Positions 30,786-38,890 of a stretch of DNA of 64,000 nt are shown here, piece by piece. The position numbers were made by a program, and so were the translations under genes. How positions within the stretch are numbered: the first letter of the stretch is position 1; each line of letters opens with the position of its first letter. The notes under the pieces were generated by a model that had not been told where the DNA came from, ran no database searches, and saw only the letters and a list, made by a program, of their open reading frames with translations. Source of the DNA: Limisphaerales bacterium (lineage in GTDB: Bacteria; Verrucomicrobiota; Verrucomicrobiia; Limisphaerales; AAA164-E04); NCBI GenBank assembly GCA_965221075.1, contig OZ244865.1:132043-196042 (forward strand), read 5' to 3'.

Positions 30786-31030
30786 GCGCCCCCCTGAACC
30801 GGCGGGAAGAGGGCCACCTCGTCCCCCTCCGAGAGCCGGTGGTCCCTGGGGCGGTACTCCAGGTTGACCGCGGCGAGCGCCGAGGGCTCCATCCGGGCCC
30901 ACTGGGGATGCTCCCCGCCGAGGCGGGCGAGCAGGTCGCCGAGGTCGCTCCCCTCGCCGACGTCCATCTCCAACCGCTCCCGGCCCATGGCCTGGCGGAA
31001 CCAGGAATGGAAGGTGACCCGCACCCTCAT
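30782..31030 (-). CDS. moaD: MoaD/ThiS-family sulfur carrier
   Basis: 82 aa. Beta-grasp-like sequence ending DEVALFPPVQGGA, that is a Gly-Gly followed by one extra Ala. ATGA overlaps with hpt upstream and moaE downstream. Confidence 0.65.
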   Translation of the reverse strand: MRVRVTFHSWFRQAMGRERLEMDVGEGSDLGDLLARLGGEHPQWARMEPSALAAVNLEYRPRDHRLSEGDEVALFPPVQGGA

Positions 31031-31608
31031 TCTTCCTCCAGCACCCCGATGGACCGCAGGTTGCGGTGGCGGCCCCGGTAGTCCATCCCGTAGCCCACCA
31101 CGAAGCATTCGGGCACCTGGAAGCCCGAGTGGTCGGCCCGGATCTCCCTGTCCCCCGCAGGGCTCCTCTCCAGGAGGACGCAGACGCGCACGTCCAGGGG
31201 ACGCTCCCGGGCCACCTCGCGGGCCAGCCGCCCGAGGGTGCGCCCCCGGTCCAGGATGTCGTCCACCAGGAGCACCCGCCTCCCCTCCAGCTTCCTGCGG
31301 AAGCGAAGGCGCAGCTCCAGCTCTCCGGGCAGCGTCCCCTCCCGGTAGCTGGAGAGCCCCGCGAAGTCCACCTCGAACGGGAAGGAGAGGCGGCGCACCA
31401 GATCGGCCAGGAACACGAAGGAGCCGTCGAGGATCCCCAGGAGCACCGGATCGCCGCTCCGGTACTCCTGGGCCAGCTCCTCCGCCAGCTGGGCGATCCG
31501 CGCCAGGATCCTATCCTCCGGGATCAGGAGCCCGGAGATTTCGCCGGGCCACCCCCCGGGAGGCGGCCGCAGATCCTCCAGGGACACGCGGTGGTCCTGC
31601 CGGTCCAT
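31027..31608 (-). CDS. hpt: Hypoxanthine phosphoribosyltransferase
   Basis: 193 aa. PRPP-binding motif VLLVDDILDRGRTL, plus GYGMDYRGRHRNL. Confidence 0.85.
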   Translation of the reverse strand: MDRQDHRVSLEDLRPPPGGWPGEISGLLIPEDRILARIAQLAEELAQEYRSGDPVLLGILDGSFVFLADLVRRLSFPFEVDFAGLSSYREGTLPGELELRLRFRRKLEGRRVLLVDDILDRGRTLGRLAREVARERPLDVRVCVLLERSPAGDREIRADHSGFQVPECFVVGYGMDYRGRHRNLRSIGVLEEE

Positions 31609-31633
31609 GCCTTCGGGCGGGTCCCCTCCCGGC

Positions 31634-32971
31634 TCAGGGCGCGGGCAACCGGCTGTCGAGGCGGCGCTCCAGCCGCCGGGCGGTGCGGGAGTAGCGCGAG
31701 GACAGATCCCGGCTCTCGGCGGGATCCCGGTCGAGGCGGAAGAGCTCCAGGGGGGCGCCGGGAGCGGACTGGACGCCCTTCCAGTTCCCGTCGAGGATGG
31801 CCCGCTGCAGGCCGCCGGGCCCGGGGCCGCTCCAGACCAGGGGGAGGGGGGCGCGCTGGCGGCCTCCCGTCAGCTCGGGAAGGAAGGAGAGGCCGGGAGA
31901 GCCGCCTCCGAGGATCTCGGCGATAGTGGCGTGCAGGTCGATCGTCGAGACGGGACGGGCGCTGGCGGTCCCGGGGGCGATGCGGCCCGGCCAGCGGGCC
32001 AGCAAGGGCACCCTGAGCCCGCCCTCGTGGAGGCTCCCCCCGGCGCCCCGCAGGCCTCCGGTGGAGGCGAAGAAGGCGGGATCGGCGCCGCCGGCCGGGG
32101 AGGGCCCGGAGGAGCTGGCGAAGAAGACCGCGGTGCGGCGCTCCAGGCCGTGTTCCTCCAGGCTGTCGAGGATGGCCCCCAGCTCGCGGTCCAGGCGGTG
32201 GATCATGGCCGCCAGCAGCTTCTGGGGCTCGGGCCACTCCTTCCTGGAGTAGGGGCGGGTGGTGGGGGACTCCAGCGGAGGGCGGGGGAGGCTGGCGGCG
32301 TAGTACAGGAAGAAGGGGCTGCTCCGGTTGAGGGCGACGAAGTTGGTGGCGGCCCGGGTGAACAGGTAGGGGGCGTAGGGCTCGCCGGGAAAGCTGACCG
32401 GCTCCTCGTTGCGCCAGAGCCGGTCCCGGGCGTAGTGGCTCCTGAGCTCCTCCTCCTCCAGGTAGCCGAACCACTCGTCGAAGCCCTGCACCGTCGGGAT
32501 GCCGCCGCTTCCCGGCCCCCCCAGCCCCCAGAGCCCCAGGGCCAGGGTGCGGTAGCCCTTGCTCCGGGCCAGCGCCGCCAGGGTGGCGTCGCCGGCCTCC
32601 AGGTCCCTGTCCAGCGGACGGCCGGTCAGCAGCGAGGCGCGGGAGGCGGCGGGCCGGGGGCTCCCGGCGTAGAAGCGGGTCAGGCGCATGCCCTCGGAGG
32701 CCATCCGGTCCAGCCGCTCGGTGCGGAAGCTCTCCTGGCCGTAGCTGCCCAGATCCCCCCATCCCAGGCCGTCGGCCACCAGGACCACCACGTTGGGCGC
32801 GCCTGGCGGCGGCCCGGCCGCCGCCAGGACCAGGGCCCCCAGCAGGCAGAGCGGCCCCAGCAGGCGCCGCACGGGGGCCGGGGCCGGCCATGGGCGCCGC
32901 GTACCCGGCGGGGAAGGCGCCGCGCCGTCCCCGGGCCGGCCTTCGGCGACACTGGCCCGGAAAGGCGGCAT
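31634..32971 (-). CDS. Sulfatase-family homologue lacking the formylglycine nucleophile (likely pseudoenzyme)
   Basis: Sulfatase blocks NVVVLVADGLGWGDLGSYG, ASRASLLTGR and GGLRVPLLARWPG. The position of the C/S-x-P-x-R motif reads P-A-A-S-R. The start is uncertain: ATG at 32971, or GTG at 32872 just before the signal-like LLGPLCLLGALVLAAAG. Confidence 0.75.
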   Translation of the reverse strand: MPPFRASVAEGRPGDGAAPSPPGTRRPWPAPAPVRRLLGPLCLLGALVLAAAGPPPGAPNVVVLVADGLGWGDLGSYGQESFRTERLDRMASEGMRLTRFYAGSPRPAASRASLLTGRPLDRDLEAGDATLAALARSKGYRTLALGLWGLGGPGSGGIPTVQGFDEWFGYLEEEELRSHYARDRLWRNEEPVSFPGEPYAPYLFTRAATNFVALNRSSPFFLYYAASLPRPPLESPTTRPYSRKEWPEPQKLLAAMIHRLDRELGAILDSLEEHGLERRTAVFFASSSGPSPAGGADPAFFASTGGLRGAGGSLHEGGLRVPLLARWPGRIAPGTASARPVSTIDLHATIAEILGGGSPGLSFLPELTGGRQRAPLPLVWSGPGPGGLQRAILDGNWKGVQSAPGAPLELFRLDRDPAESRDLSSRYSRTARRLERRLDSRLPAP

Positions 32972-33079
32972 GGAACCCGAGCCTAGCCGGATCCCCCGGA
33001 GGGGCTCAAGGCGTTTCCCGCTGGATCTCCCCGGCCTCCGGGGGGACAATCGCCCGGCGCTGCCGGACAGCGCACGGAC

Positions 33080-33964
33080 ATGCCGTCCACGAACCGCACC
33101 ACCCTGGCGGGGGTCCTGCTCCTGCTGCTGGCCTCCCTGGGCCTCGAGGCCCAGCCGCCCCGCTTCGGCCCCGAGGGGGTCCCCTTCCAGCCGGGCGGCC
33201 GGGGGCGGGAGGGCCTGATCGGGGTTCCCGGCAGGGGCGACCGGGCCGGGGTGCCCGAGTGGACCGTGGACCGGAAGTTCCGCCAGGACATCTTCACCTT
33301 CGTCCGGGTGATCTACAGCAGCGGGGGGGGAGGCGGCTGGCGGATCGACTGGCCCGCGGCCGATCTCAACTTCTCCTACCGCCTGGAGGAACTCACCTCC
33401 ATGAAGGTGGATCCCGAGGGGGAGTCCCTCCGCCTGGACGACGACAGCATCTTCGACTACCCCTTCCTCTTCCTGATCGATCCCCGCAGCCTGTTCCTCT
33501 CCGGGGCCGAGGCGGCTAGGCTGCGCCTCTGGCTGGACAACGGGGGCTTCCTGATGGTGGACGACTTCTGGGGGGAGCAGATGCTGTCCCACTTCCTGAG
33601 GGAGATGGACAAGGTGTTCCCCGGCCGCAAGCCGGTCGAGCTTCCCCCCAGCCATCCCATCTTCTCCTGCGTCTTCCCCCTGGAGGGGCCGCCCCAGGTC
33701 CCCAGCGAGGACTCCGCCCACCGCAACCGGGGCACCGCCCTGGAGTCCTGGGAGGACGAGATCAGCTGGGAGATCCCCCGTCCGGCCAGCTACCGGGCCA
33801 TCCTGGACGACCGCAACCGCATCATGGTGCTGCTCTGCCACAACACCGACCTCTCCGACGGGTGGGAGGAGGAGGGGGTCAGCCAGTGGTTCTTCTCGGC
33901 CTACTCCGAGAAGTACTCCTACCCGATGGGGATCAACATCGTCTACTACGCCCTGACCCACTAG
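33080..33964 (+). CDS. DUF4159-domain secreted protein
   Basis: 294 aa with a signal peptide. Blocks FTFVRVIYSSGG..WRIDWPAADLNF, YPFLFLIDPRSLFLSGAEAARLRLWLDNGGFLMVDDFWG, HPIFSCVF and GINIVYYALTH, as I recall for DUF4159. Confidence 0.6.
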   Translation: MPSTNRTTLAGVLLLLLASLGLEAQPPRFGPEGVPFQPGGRGREGLIGVPGRGDRAGVPEWTVDRKFRQDIFTFVRVIYSSGGGGGWRIDWPAADLNFSYRLEELTSMKVDPEGESLRLDDDSIFDYPFLFLIDPRSLFLSGAEAARLRLWLDNGGFLMVDDFWGEQMLSHFLREMDKVFPGRKPVELPPSHPIFSCVFPLEGPPQVPSEDSAHRNRGTALESWEDEISWEIPRPASYRAILDDRNRIMVLLCHNTDLSDGWEEEGVSQWFFSAYSEKYSYPMGINIVYYALTH

Positions 33965-33995
33965 GGAGCCCCCGGCTCCCGTCCGGCCCGGCCGC

Positions 33996-34622
33996 ATGAC
34001 CCTGCCCACCCTGATCGAGCACGGGGGCCCCGTGATGTGGCTGCTGCTGGTGGCCAGCGCCGGGGCCATCTGCCTGTTCGTGGAGCGCTTCCTCCACTAC
34101 CACCGGGCCCAGATCGACTCGGTGGAGTTCACCAGCGGCATCCGCAACGTGCTCGGGCAGGAGAACGTGGTCGAGGCGCTCTCCATCTGCGAGTCGACCC
34201 CGGGGCCGGTGCCCCAGCTGGTCAAGGCGGCGATCCTGAGCCGCGAGGCGGGCCGGGCCGGGATCAGGGACTCGCTGGAGGACTCGGGGCGCACCGAGGT
34301 GGCCCGCCTGGAGGAGAAGCTGAACCTGCTGGGGACCATCGCCCAGGTGGCCCCCCTGCTGGGCCTGTTCGGGACCACCCTGGGGCTGATCGACATCTTC
34401 GGCCTGATCTCGGCAGACGGCGCGGTCTATCCCGAGATCGCCCGGCTGGCCGAGGGGGTCTGGCAGGCCCTGATCTGCACCGGGACCGGCCTGGCGGTCG
34501 CCATCTTCAGCTATGTGGCCCACAACTACCTGGTGGGCCGGGTCAGGTCGATCGTGCTCGACATGGAGAAGGCCTCCACCGAGATCCTCAGCATCGTCTC
34601 GGGCGCCCTGAGTCCGGAATGA
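33996..34622 (+). CDS. exbB: MotA/TolQ/ExbB proton-channel protein
   Basis: 208 aa. LNLLGTIAQVAPLLGLFGTTLGLI is the conserved TolQ/ExbB TM2-TM3 block. Confidence 0.8.
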   Translation: MTLPTLIEHGGPVMWLLLVASAGAICLFVERFLHYHRAQIDSVEFTSGIRNVLGQENVVEALSICESTPGPVPQLVKAAILSREAGRAGIRDSLEDSGRTEVARLEEKLNLLGTIAQVAPLLGLFGTTLGLIDIFGLISADGAVYPEIARLAEGVWQALICTGTGLAVAIFSYVAHNYLVGRVRSIVLDMEKASTEILSIVSGALSPE

Positions 34623-35026
34623 GGTTCCAGACCAACGTCGCCATCTACAACGGGCGCTTCATCGCCGCCCCCTTCCTGTCGGTCTTCTTCCTGCTGGCCA
34701 TCTTCCTGGCCCTGGGCACGCTGTTCGTCTCCCTGCCGGGAGTGCGCATCGACCAGGCCGACAGCCTCCGGCCCGGCCTGCCCCGGGTCAGCGTGGTCCT
34801 GGACGCCGAGGGGGGGATCCACTTCGACAGCAAGCTGCTCTCCCTGGAGGAGTTCCGGGACCGGCTCGGGCAGGCGGTCCGGGACTCGGAGAGGGCCCCC
34901 ATGCTCCAGATCCTGGCCGAGGGGCGGGCCGGGACGGCCGCCCTGGGGCGCCTGCAGGGGGCGGCCCGCCAGGCGGGCGTCGCCGAGATCTACCTGGTCC
35001 TGCGGGGCGGGGAGGAGGGCCGGTGA
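34619..35026 (+). CDS. exbD: ExbD/TolR biopolymer transport protein
   Basis: 135 aa. One N-terminal TM helix followed by a periplasmic domain. ATGA overlap with exbB. Confidence 0.7.
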   Translation: MRFQTNVAIYNGRFIAAPFLSVFFLLAIFLALGTLFVSLPGVRIDQADSLRPGLPRVSVVLDAEGGIHFDSKLLSLEEFRDRLGQAVRDSERAPMLQILAEGRAGTAALGRLQGAARQAGVAEIYLVLRGGEEGR

Positions 35027-35781
35027 GCCCCGGGGGAGGATGGTCCCGGGCCGGATGGGCCCTGGCGGTAGCCGCCACCTGCCTGGTCCAGGTGCTGCTG
35101 GCGGCCTGGCTCTCCAGGGGGAGCGCCCCCTCCCGGCCCGGGAGGGGGGACCCCGCCCGGCTCCTCCTGGCCTCCCCCGGGGCGGCCCGCTCCCTGCCGG
35201 ACGACCACCCGGACCTCCTCTCCCGCCTGCATCCCCGGGGCTTCACCGGATCGCTCTGGGAGGAGGCGATCGAGCCCCCCGGAGACTACCTGCCCTGGCA
35301 GGAGCCCCACCAGTACTACCAGGGCGCCGAGGCGCTGATCGGGGGGGGCCCCGGACGGAGGGCGGTCCCCGCCACCCCCCTGCGGCCCGCCCCCTCGGTG
35401 GTCTCGCGCCCCCCCCACCGGCTGCTCGACTCCGAGCGCCCTCCGGACATCCCTCCCCGCTCCCGGATGGTCGCCGACGGGGAGCTGGCCAGCTTCCTGC
35501 CCGGAGCGCTCCCCCCCCTTCCCGCCTTCGCCCATCCCCGGCGCCTGCGCCCCACGGTGGTCTCGGTGGCCGCCGACCGCTTCGGATGGCCCCTGTGGAC
35601 CACGCTCCTCTCCAGCAGCCAGCCCCGGGAGCTCTGGCCCCCCGGAGGGCTGCCGGAGGCCGACGCCTTCGCCCTGCGGTGGATCCGGGAGCTCCGCTTC
35701 GGGCCCGACGAACAGGACCGGGACTGGCCCCGGGAGGCGACCCTCACCTTCCACTGGGCCCTCCGGGAGGAGCTCCGTTGA
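35023..35781 (+). CDS. TonB-like energy-transducer candidate (Pro-rich, membrane-anchored)
   Basis: GTG start overlapping the exbD stop. N-terminal TM helix AGWALAVAATCLVQVLLAAWL and a Pro-rich linker. The C-terminus VVSVAADRFGWPLWTTLLSSSQ...EADAFALRWIRELRF weakly resembles the TonB C-terminal domain. The position after exbBD supports the call. Confidence 0.4.
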   Translation: MSPGGGWSRAGWALAVAATCLVQVLLAAWLSRGSAPSRPGRGDPARLLLASPGAARSLPDDHPDLLSRLHPRGFTGSLWEEAIEPPGDYLPWQEPHQYYQGAEALIGGGPGRRAVPATPLRPAPSVVSRPPHRLLDSERPPDIPPRSRMVADGELASFLPGALPPLPAFAHPRRLRPTVVSVAADRFGWPLWTTLLSSSQPRELWPPGGLPEADAFALRWIRELRFGPDEQDRDWPREATLTFHWALREELR

Positions 35782-36002
35782 GCCCCTCGGACCTGCTCTT
35801 CGCCTACGTGGCCACGCTCCTCCTGGGGGTGTCGCTCCTGGGCTACTACTCCAGGCTCCAGCGCCAGCGCTTCGAGCCGCCCCGCAGGGACGACCGGGTC
35901 TTCCGCTGCGACAGCTGCCGCTACGTCTACACCGACGATCCCCAGGTGGAGCGCTCCCGCTGCCCCAGCTGCGGCGAGATGAACAGCCACTTCACCTTCT
36001 AG
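35778..36002 (+). CDS. Small membrane-anchored zinc-ribbon protein
   Basis: About 74 aa if the TTG at 35778 is used (it overlaps the previous stop). One TM helix LLFAYVATLLLGVSLLGYY, then CDSC...CPSC (two CxxC pairs). Confidence 0.4.
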   Translation: MSPSDLLFAYVATLLLGVSLLGYYSRLQRQRFEPPRRDDRVFRCDSCRYVYTDDPQVERSRCPSCGEMNSHFTF

Positions 36003-36084
36003 CGGGGAGAGGCTGGAAAAAGGTCCCGGGGCCCGTTCGTTGCCTTGCGGGCGATCCCCCGCGGCTCATAGGATCGGAGGGCCT

Positions 36085-37263
36085 ATGGGAATGTGGATCG
36101 GACGCAACCGGAAGGCCCGAGTCACCTACGGTTTCGACGAGATCGCGCTGGTGCCGGGGCAGGTCACGATCAACCCGGAGGAGGTGGACACCGGCTTCCG
36201 GATCCCATCCCCCAAGGGCGGGGACATCCGGCTGAAGATCCCCATCCTGGCCAGCGCCATGGACGGGATCGCCGATGTGGGCTTCTGCCGCGAGATGGGA
36301 CGGCTGGGAGGGCTGGGGGTGATCAACCTCGAGGGGGTGCAGACCCGCTACCCCAGCCCCGCCGAGGTGCTCTCCCAGGTGGTCAACGCCGACCGGGACC
36401 GGGTCACCGCCCTGATCCAGAGGATCTACGCCGAGCCGGTCCGGGAGTCCCTGATCGGACAGCGGGTGCAGGAGCTGAAGTCGGCTGGGGCCCTGGCCGC
36501 GGTCAGCTCCATCCCCCAGAAGGCGCAGCGCTTCGGGGCGCTGGCGGCCGAGGCCGGAGCGGACCTCTTCCTGGTCCAGTCCACCGTCTCCACCGTGCGC
36601 CACGTCTCCTCGCAGTACCCCTCCCTGGACCTGGCCGGGTTCTGCCGCCAGATGCCCATACCGGTCCTGGTGGGCAACGCGGTCACCTACGGCGTGACCC
36701 TGGAGCTGATGGAGTGCGGGGTGGCCGGGGTGCTGGTGGGGGTGGGGCCCGGAGCCGCCTGCACCAGCCGCGGGGTGCTCGGCCTGGGAGTCCCCCAGGT
36801 GACCGCCACGGTGGACTGCGCCGCCGCCCGGGACTACCACCACAAGAAGACGGGGAGCTATGTGCCGATCATCACCGACGGGGGGATGAGCCGGGGAGGG
36901 GACGTGTGCAAGGCCCTGGCCTGCGGGGCCGACGCGGTGATGGTGGGCAGCGCCTTCGCACGCGCCCGCGAGGCGCCGGGCCAGGGGAACCACTGGGGCA
37001 TGGCCACCCCCCACGCCAACCTGCCCCGCGGCACCCGGATTCGGGTGGGGGTCACCGGCAGCCTGGAGCAGATCCTGTTCGGGCCCGCCGAGGTGGACGA
37101 CGGCTCCCAGAACCTGGTGGGCGCCGTCCGCACCTGCATGGGCAGCGTGGGAGCCCACGACATCCGCCAGTTCCAGGAGACGGAGATCATCATCGCTCCC
37201 AGCATCAAGACCGAGGGGAAGCTCTTCCAGACCGTGCAGAGCGTCGGCATGGGAGCGCAGTGA
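36085..37263 (+). CDS. GuaB3-type IMP-dehydrogenase-related protein
   Basis: MGMWIGRNRKARVTYGFDEIALVPG..., ILASAMDG and a TIM-barrel IMPDH-like core with no CBS pair. An alternative ATG lies at 36040. Confidence 0.8.
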   Translation: MGMWIGRNRKARVTYGFDEIALVPGQVTINPEEVDTGFRIPSPKGGDIRLKIPILASAMDGIADVGFCREMGRLGGLGVINLEGVQTRYPSPAEVLSQVVNADRDRVTALIQRIYAEPVRESLIGQRVQELKSAGALAAVSSIPQKAQRFGALAAEAGADLFLVQSTVSTVRHVSSQYPSLDLAGFCRQMPIPVLVGNAVTYGVTLELMECGVAGVLVGVGPGAACTSRGVLGLGVPQVTATVDCAAARDYHHKKTGSYVPIITDGGMSRGGDVCKALACGADAVMVGSAFARAREAPGQGNHWGMATPHANLPRGTRIRVGVTGSLEQILFGPAEVDDGSQNLVGAVRTCMGSVGAHDIRQFQETEIIIAPSIKTEGKLFQTVQSVGMGAQ

Positions 37264-37432
37264 CCCGAGGTCCGTCTTGATCCCCGGCCCCGGAGGCGCC
37301 ACCCTGGAAGGTCCGGCCCGGCCCGGCCCGCCCCTGTTTTTCGTGTTTGACAGGCGGGGAGGGCGGCGGTTGAATCGGGCCCCGTTGGTCGGCGGGTCCA
37401 GGAAGCGCTGAGGTACACAGGATTTCTACGGT

Positions 37433-38806
37433 ATGAAAAGATTGATCGCTTCTGTCGGCGTAGTGGCCGCGGGACTCGCCGGCACGGAGGCGGCAGCGCA
37501 GGCCGACGGCAAGCCATGGAGCGTCTCGGCCTCCGTTCGCGCCTTCTACGACGACAACATCACCACCATCCCCGACCAGTCGGTCATCACCTGGTCGGAC
37601 ATGCCCTACACGGGTCCCGGCGACATCCCCCAGGATCTCCCGGCCGACTTCCGGGCGCGTGTCGTCGACACGGTGGACGCCGACGGGAATCCGATGCAGG
37701 TGCTCCGCATCGAGCAGCTGCTGCGCAAGGAGGACAGCTTCGGCATGGACCTCATCCCGACGCTGCGGTACCACTACCACAACGACATGACCGAGGTGCA
37801 GGCGGGCTACACCTTCGGCGGCCGCATGTACCAGGAACGCGAGCCCGACAAGTGGGACATCTCGCACAACCTCTCGGGCAAGATCACCCACCGGAGCGGA
37901 GGAGGGCTCTCCTTCGAGCTGGAGGACGTCCTCCGGGTGGCCCAGGAGCCCGAGGTCCTCTCCGGCAACCTGCTACGCTCCCGCGGCAACAACGACTACC
38001 TGCACAACAAGGCCAGCGTGACCGCCAGCCAGCAGCTCAGGGGCACCCTTTCGGTGCAGGCGGGATACATCAACGAGCTCTACGAGTACGACGACCCGGC
38101 CTTCGCGGTGCACCTGGACCGGATTGAGCACACTCCCCTCCTGCACCTCAAGTCCCAGTTCCGGGAGGACACCGTGGGTCTGATCGGCTACCGCTACAAG
38201 ATCGTGGACTACACCTCCGACCGAGTCTTCGAGGGCCTCGACCTGCCCAGCGACTTCCGCAACAGCGAGGCGCACTACTTCTACGCCGGCCTAGACAGGG
38301 TGTTCAGCCCCCGCGTGCAGGGCTCTGTGCGGCTGGGTCTGCAGCACACCCGCTACCACAACTTCGGCCAAAACGCCAACAGCCCCTTCGCCGACGCCAG
38401 CCTGAGCTACGGATACGCCGAGGGAAGCTCCCTGCGGCTGGGGGTGAAGCACGAGCGCAACCGCTACGACCTGGCCAACCCCTACACCCAGGGCTCCGCC
38501 GAGGCCGATCCGATCCTGGACCAGGAACAGACCCTGGTCTACGGCGGCGTCAGCCAGCGCATCACCCCCAGGCTCTCGGGCAGCGTGCTGGTGCAGTACG
38601 TCCGCGGAGAGCTCGAGGGAGGCGGCTCCCTGCTCGACGGCAGCGACCGCTACTGGGCCGTGGGACTGGGGCTCGACTACACGTTCAGCCAGACCTTCAG
38701 CGCCGAAGCGGGCTGGAACCTCGACAGCTACGATTCGGGCGTTCTGCCCCAGTACCGCAGCTACGACAGGAACCGGGTCTACATCGGCCTGAGGGCCAGC
38801 TACTAG
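37433..38806 (+). CDS. Outer-membrane beta-barrel protein (polysaccharide-locus associated)
   Basis: 457 aa. Signal peptide ending AAAQA, alternating-hydrophobic beta-strand pattern rich in Y/G/D/N, and C-terminal ...VYIGLRASY with a terminal aromatic residue. Confidence 0.55.
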   Translation: MKRLIASVGVVAAGLAGTEAAAQADGKPWSVSASVRAFYDDNITTIPDQSVITWSDMPYTGPGDIPQDLPADFRARVVDTVDADGNPMQVLRIEQLLRKEDSFGMDLIPTLRYHYHNDMTEVQAGYTFGGRMYQEREPDKWDISHNLSGKITHRSGGGLSFELEDVLRVAQEPEVLSGNLLRSRGNNDYLHNKASVTASQQLRGTLSVQAGYINELYEYDDPAFAVHLDRIEHTPLLHLKSQFREDTVGLIGYRYKIVDYTSDRVFEGLDLPSDFRNSEAHYFYAGLDRVFSPRVQGSVRLGLQHTRYHNFGQNANSPFADASLSYGYAEGSSLRLGVKHERNRYDLANPYTQGSAEADPILDQEQTLVYGGVSQRITPRLSGSVLVQYVRGELEGGGSLLDGSDRYWAVGLGLDYTFSQTFSAEAGWNLDSYDSGVLPQYRSYDRNRVYIGLRASY

Positions 38807-38847
38807 GCAGATCCGGGCTCGGCCCGGATCCCGCGACAGCTTTGACC

Positions 38848-38884
38848 GGGGAGGCTGGAACCAGATTCTGGCCTCCCCTTTTTT
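38848..38884 (+). terminator. Rho-independent terminator-like hairpin + T6
   Basis: GGGGAGGC (38848..38855), a 15-nt loop, GCCTCCCC (38871..38878), then TTTTTT (38879..38884). A second perfect 9-bp hairpin GATCCGGGC-tcg-GCCCGGATC lies just upstream. Confidence 0.6.
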
Positions 38885-38890
38885 GACGAC

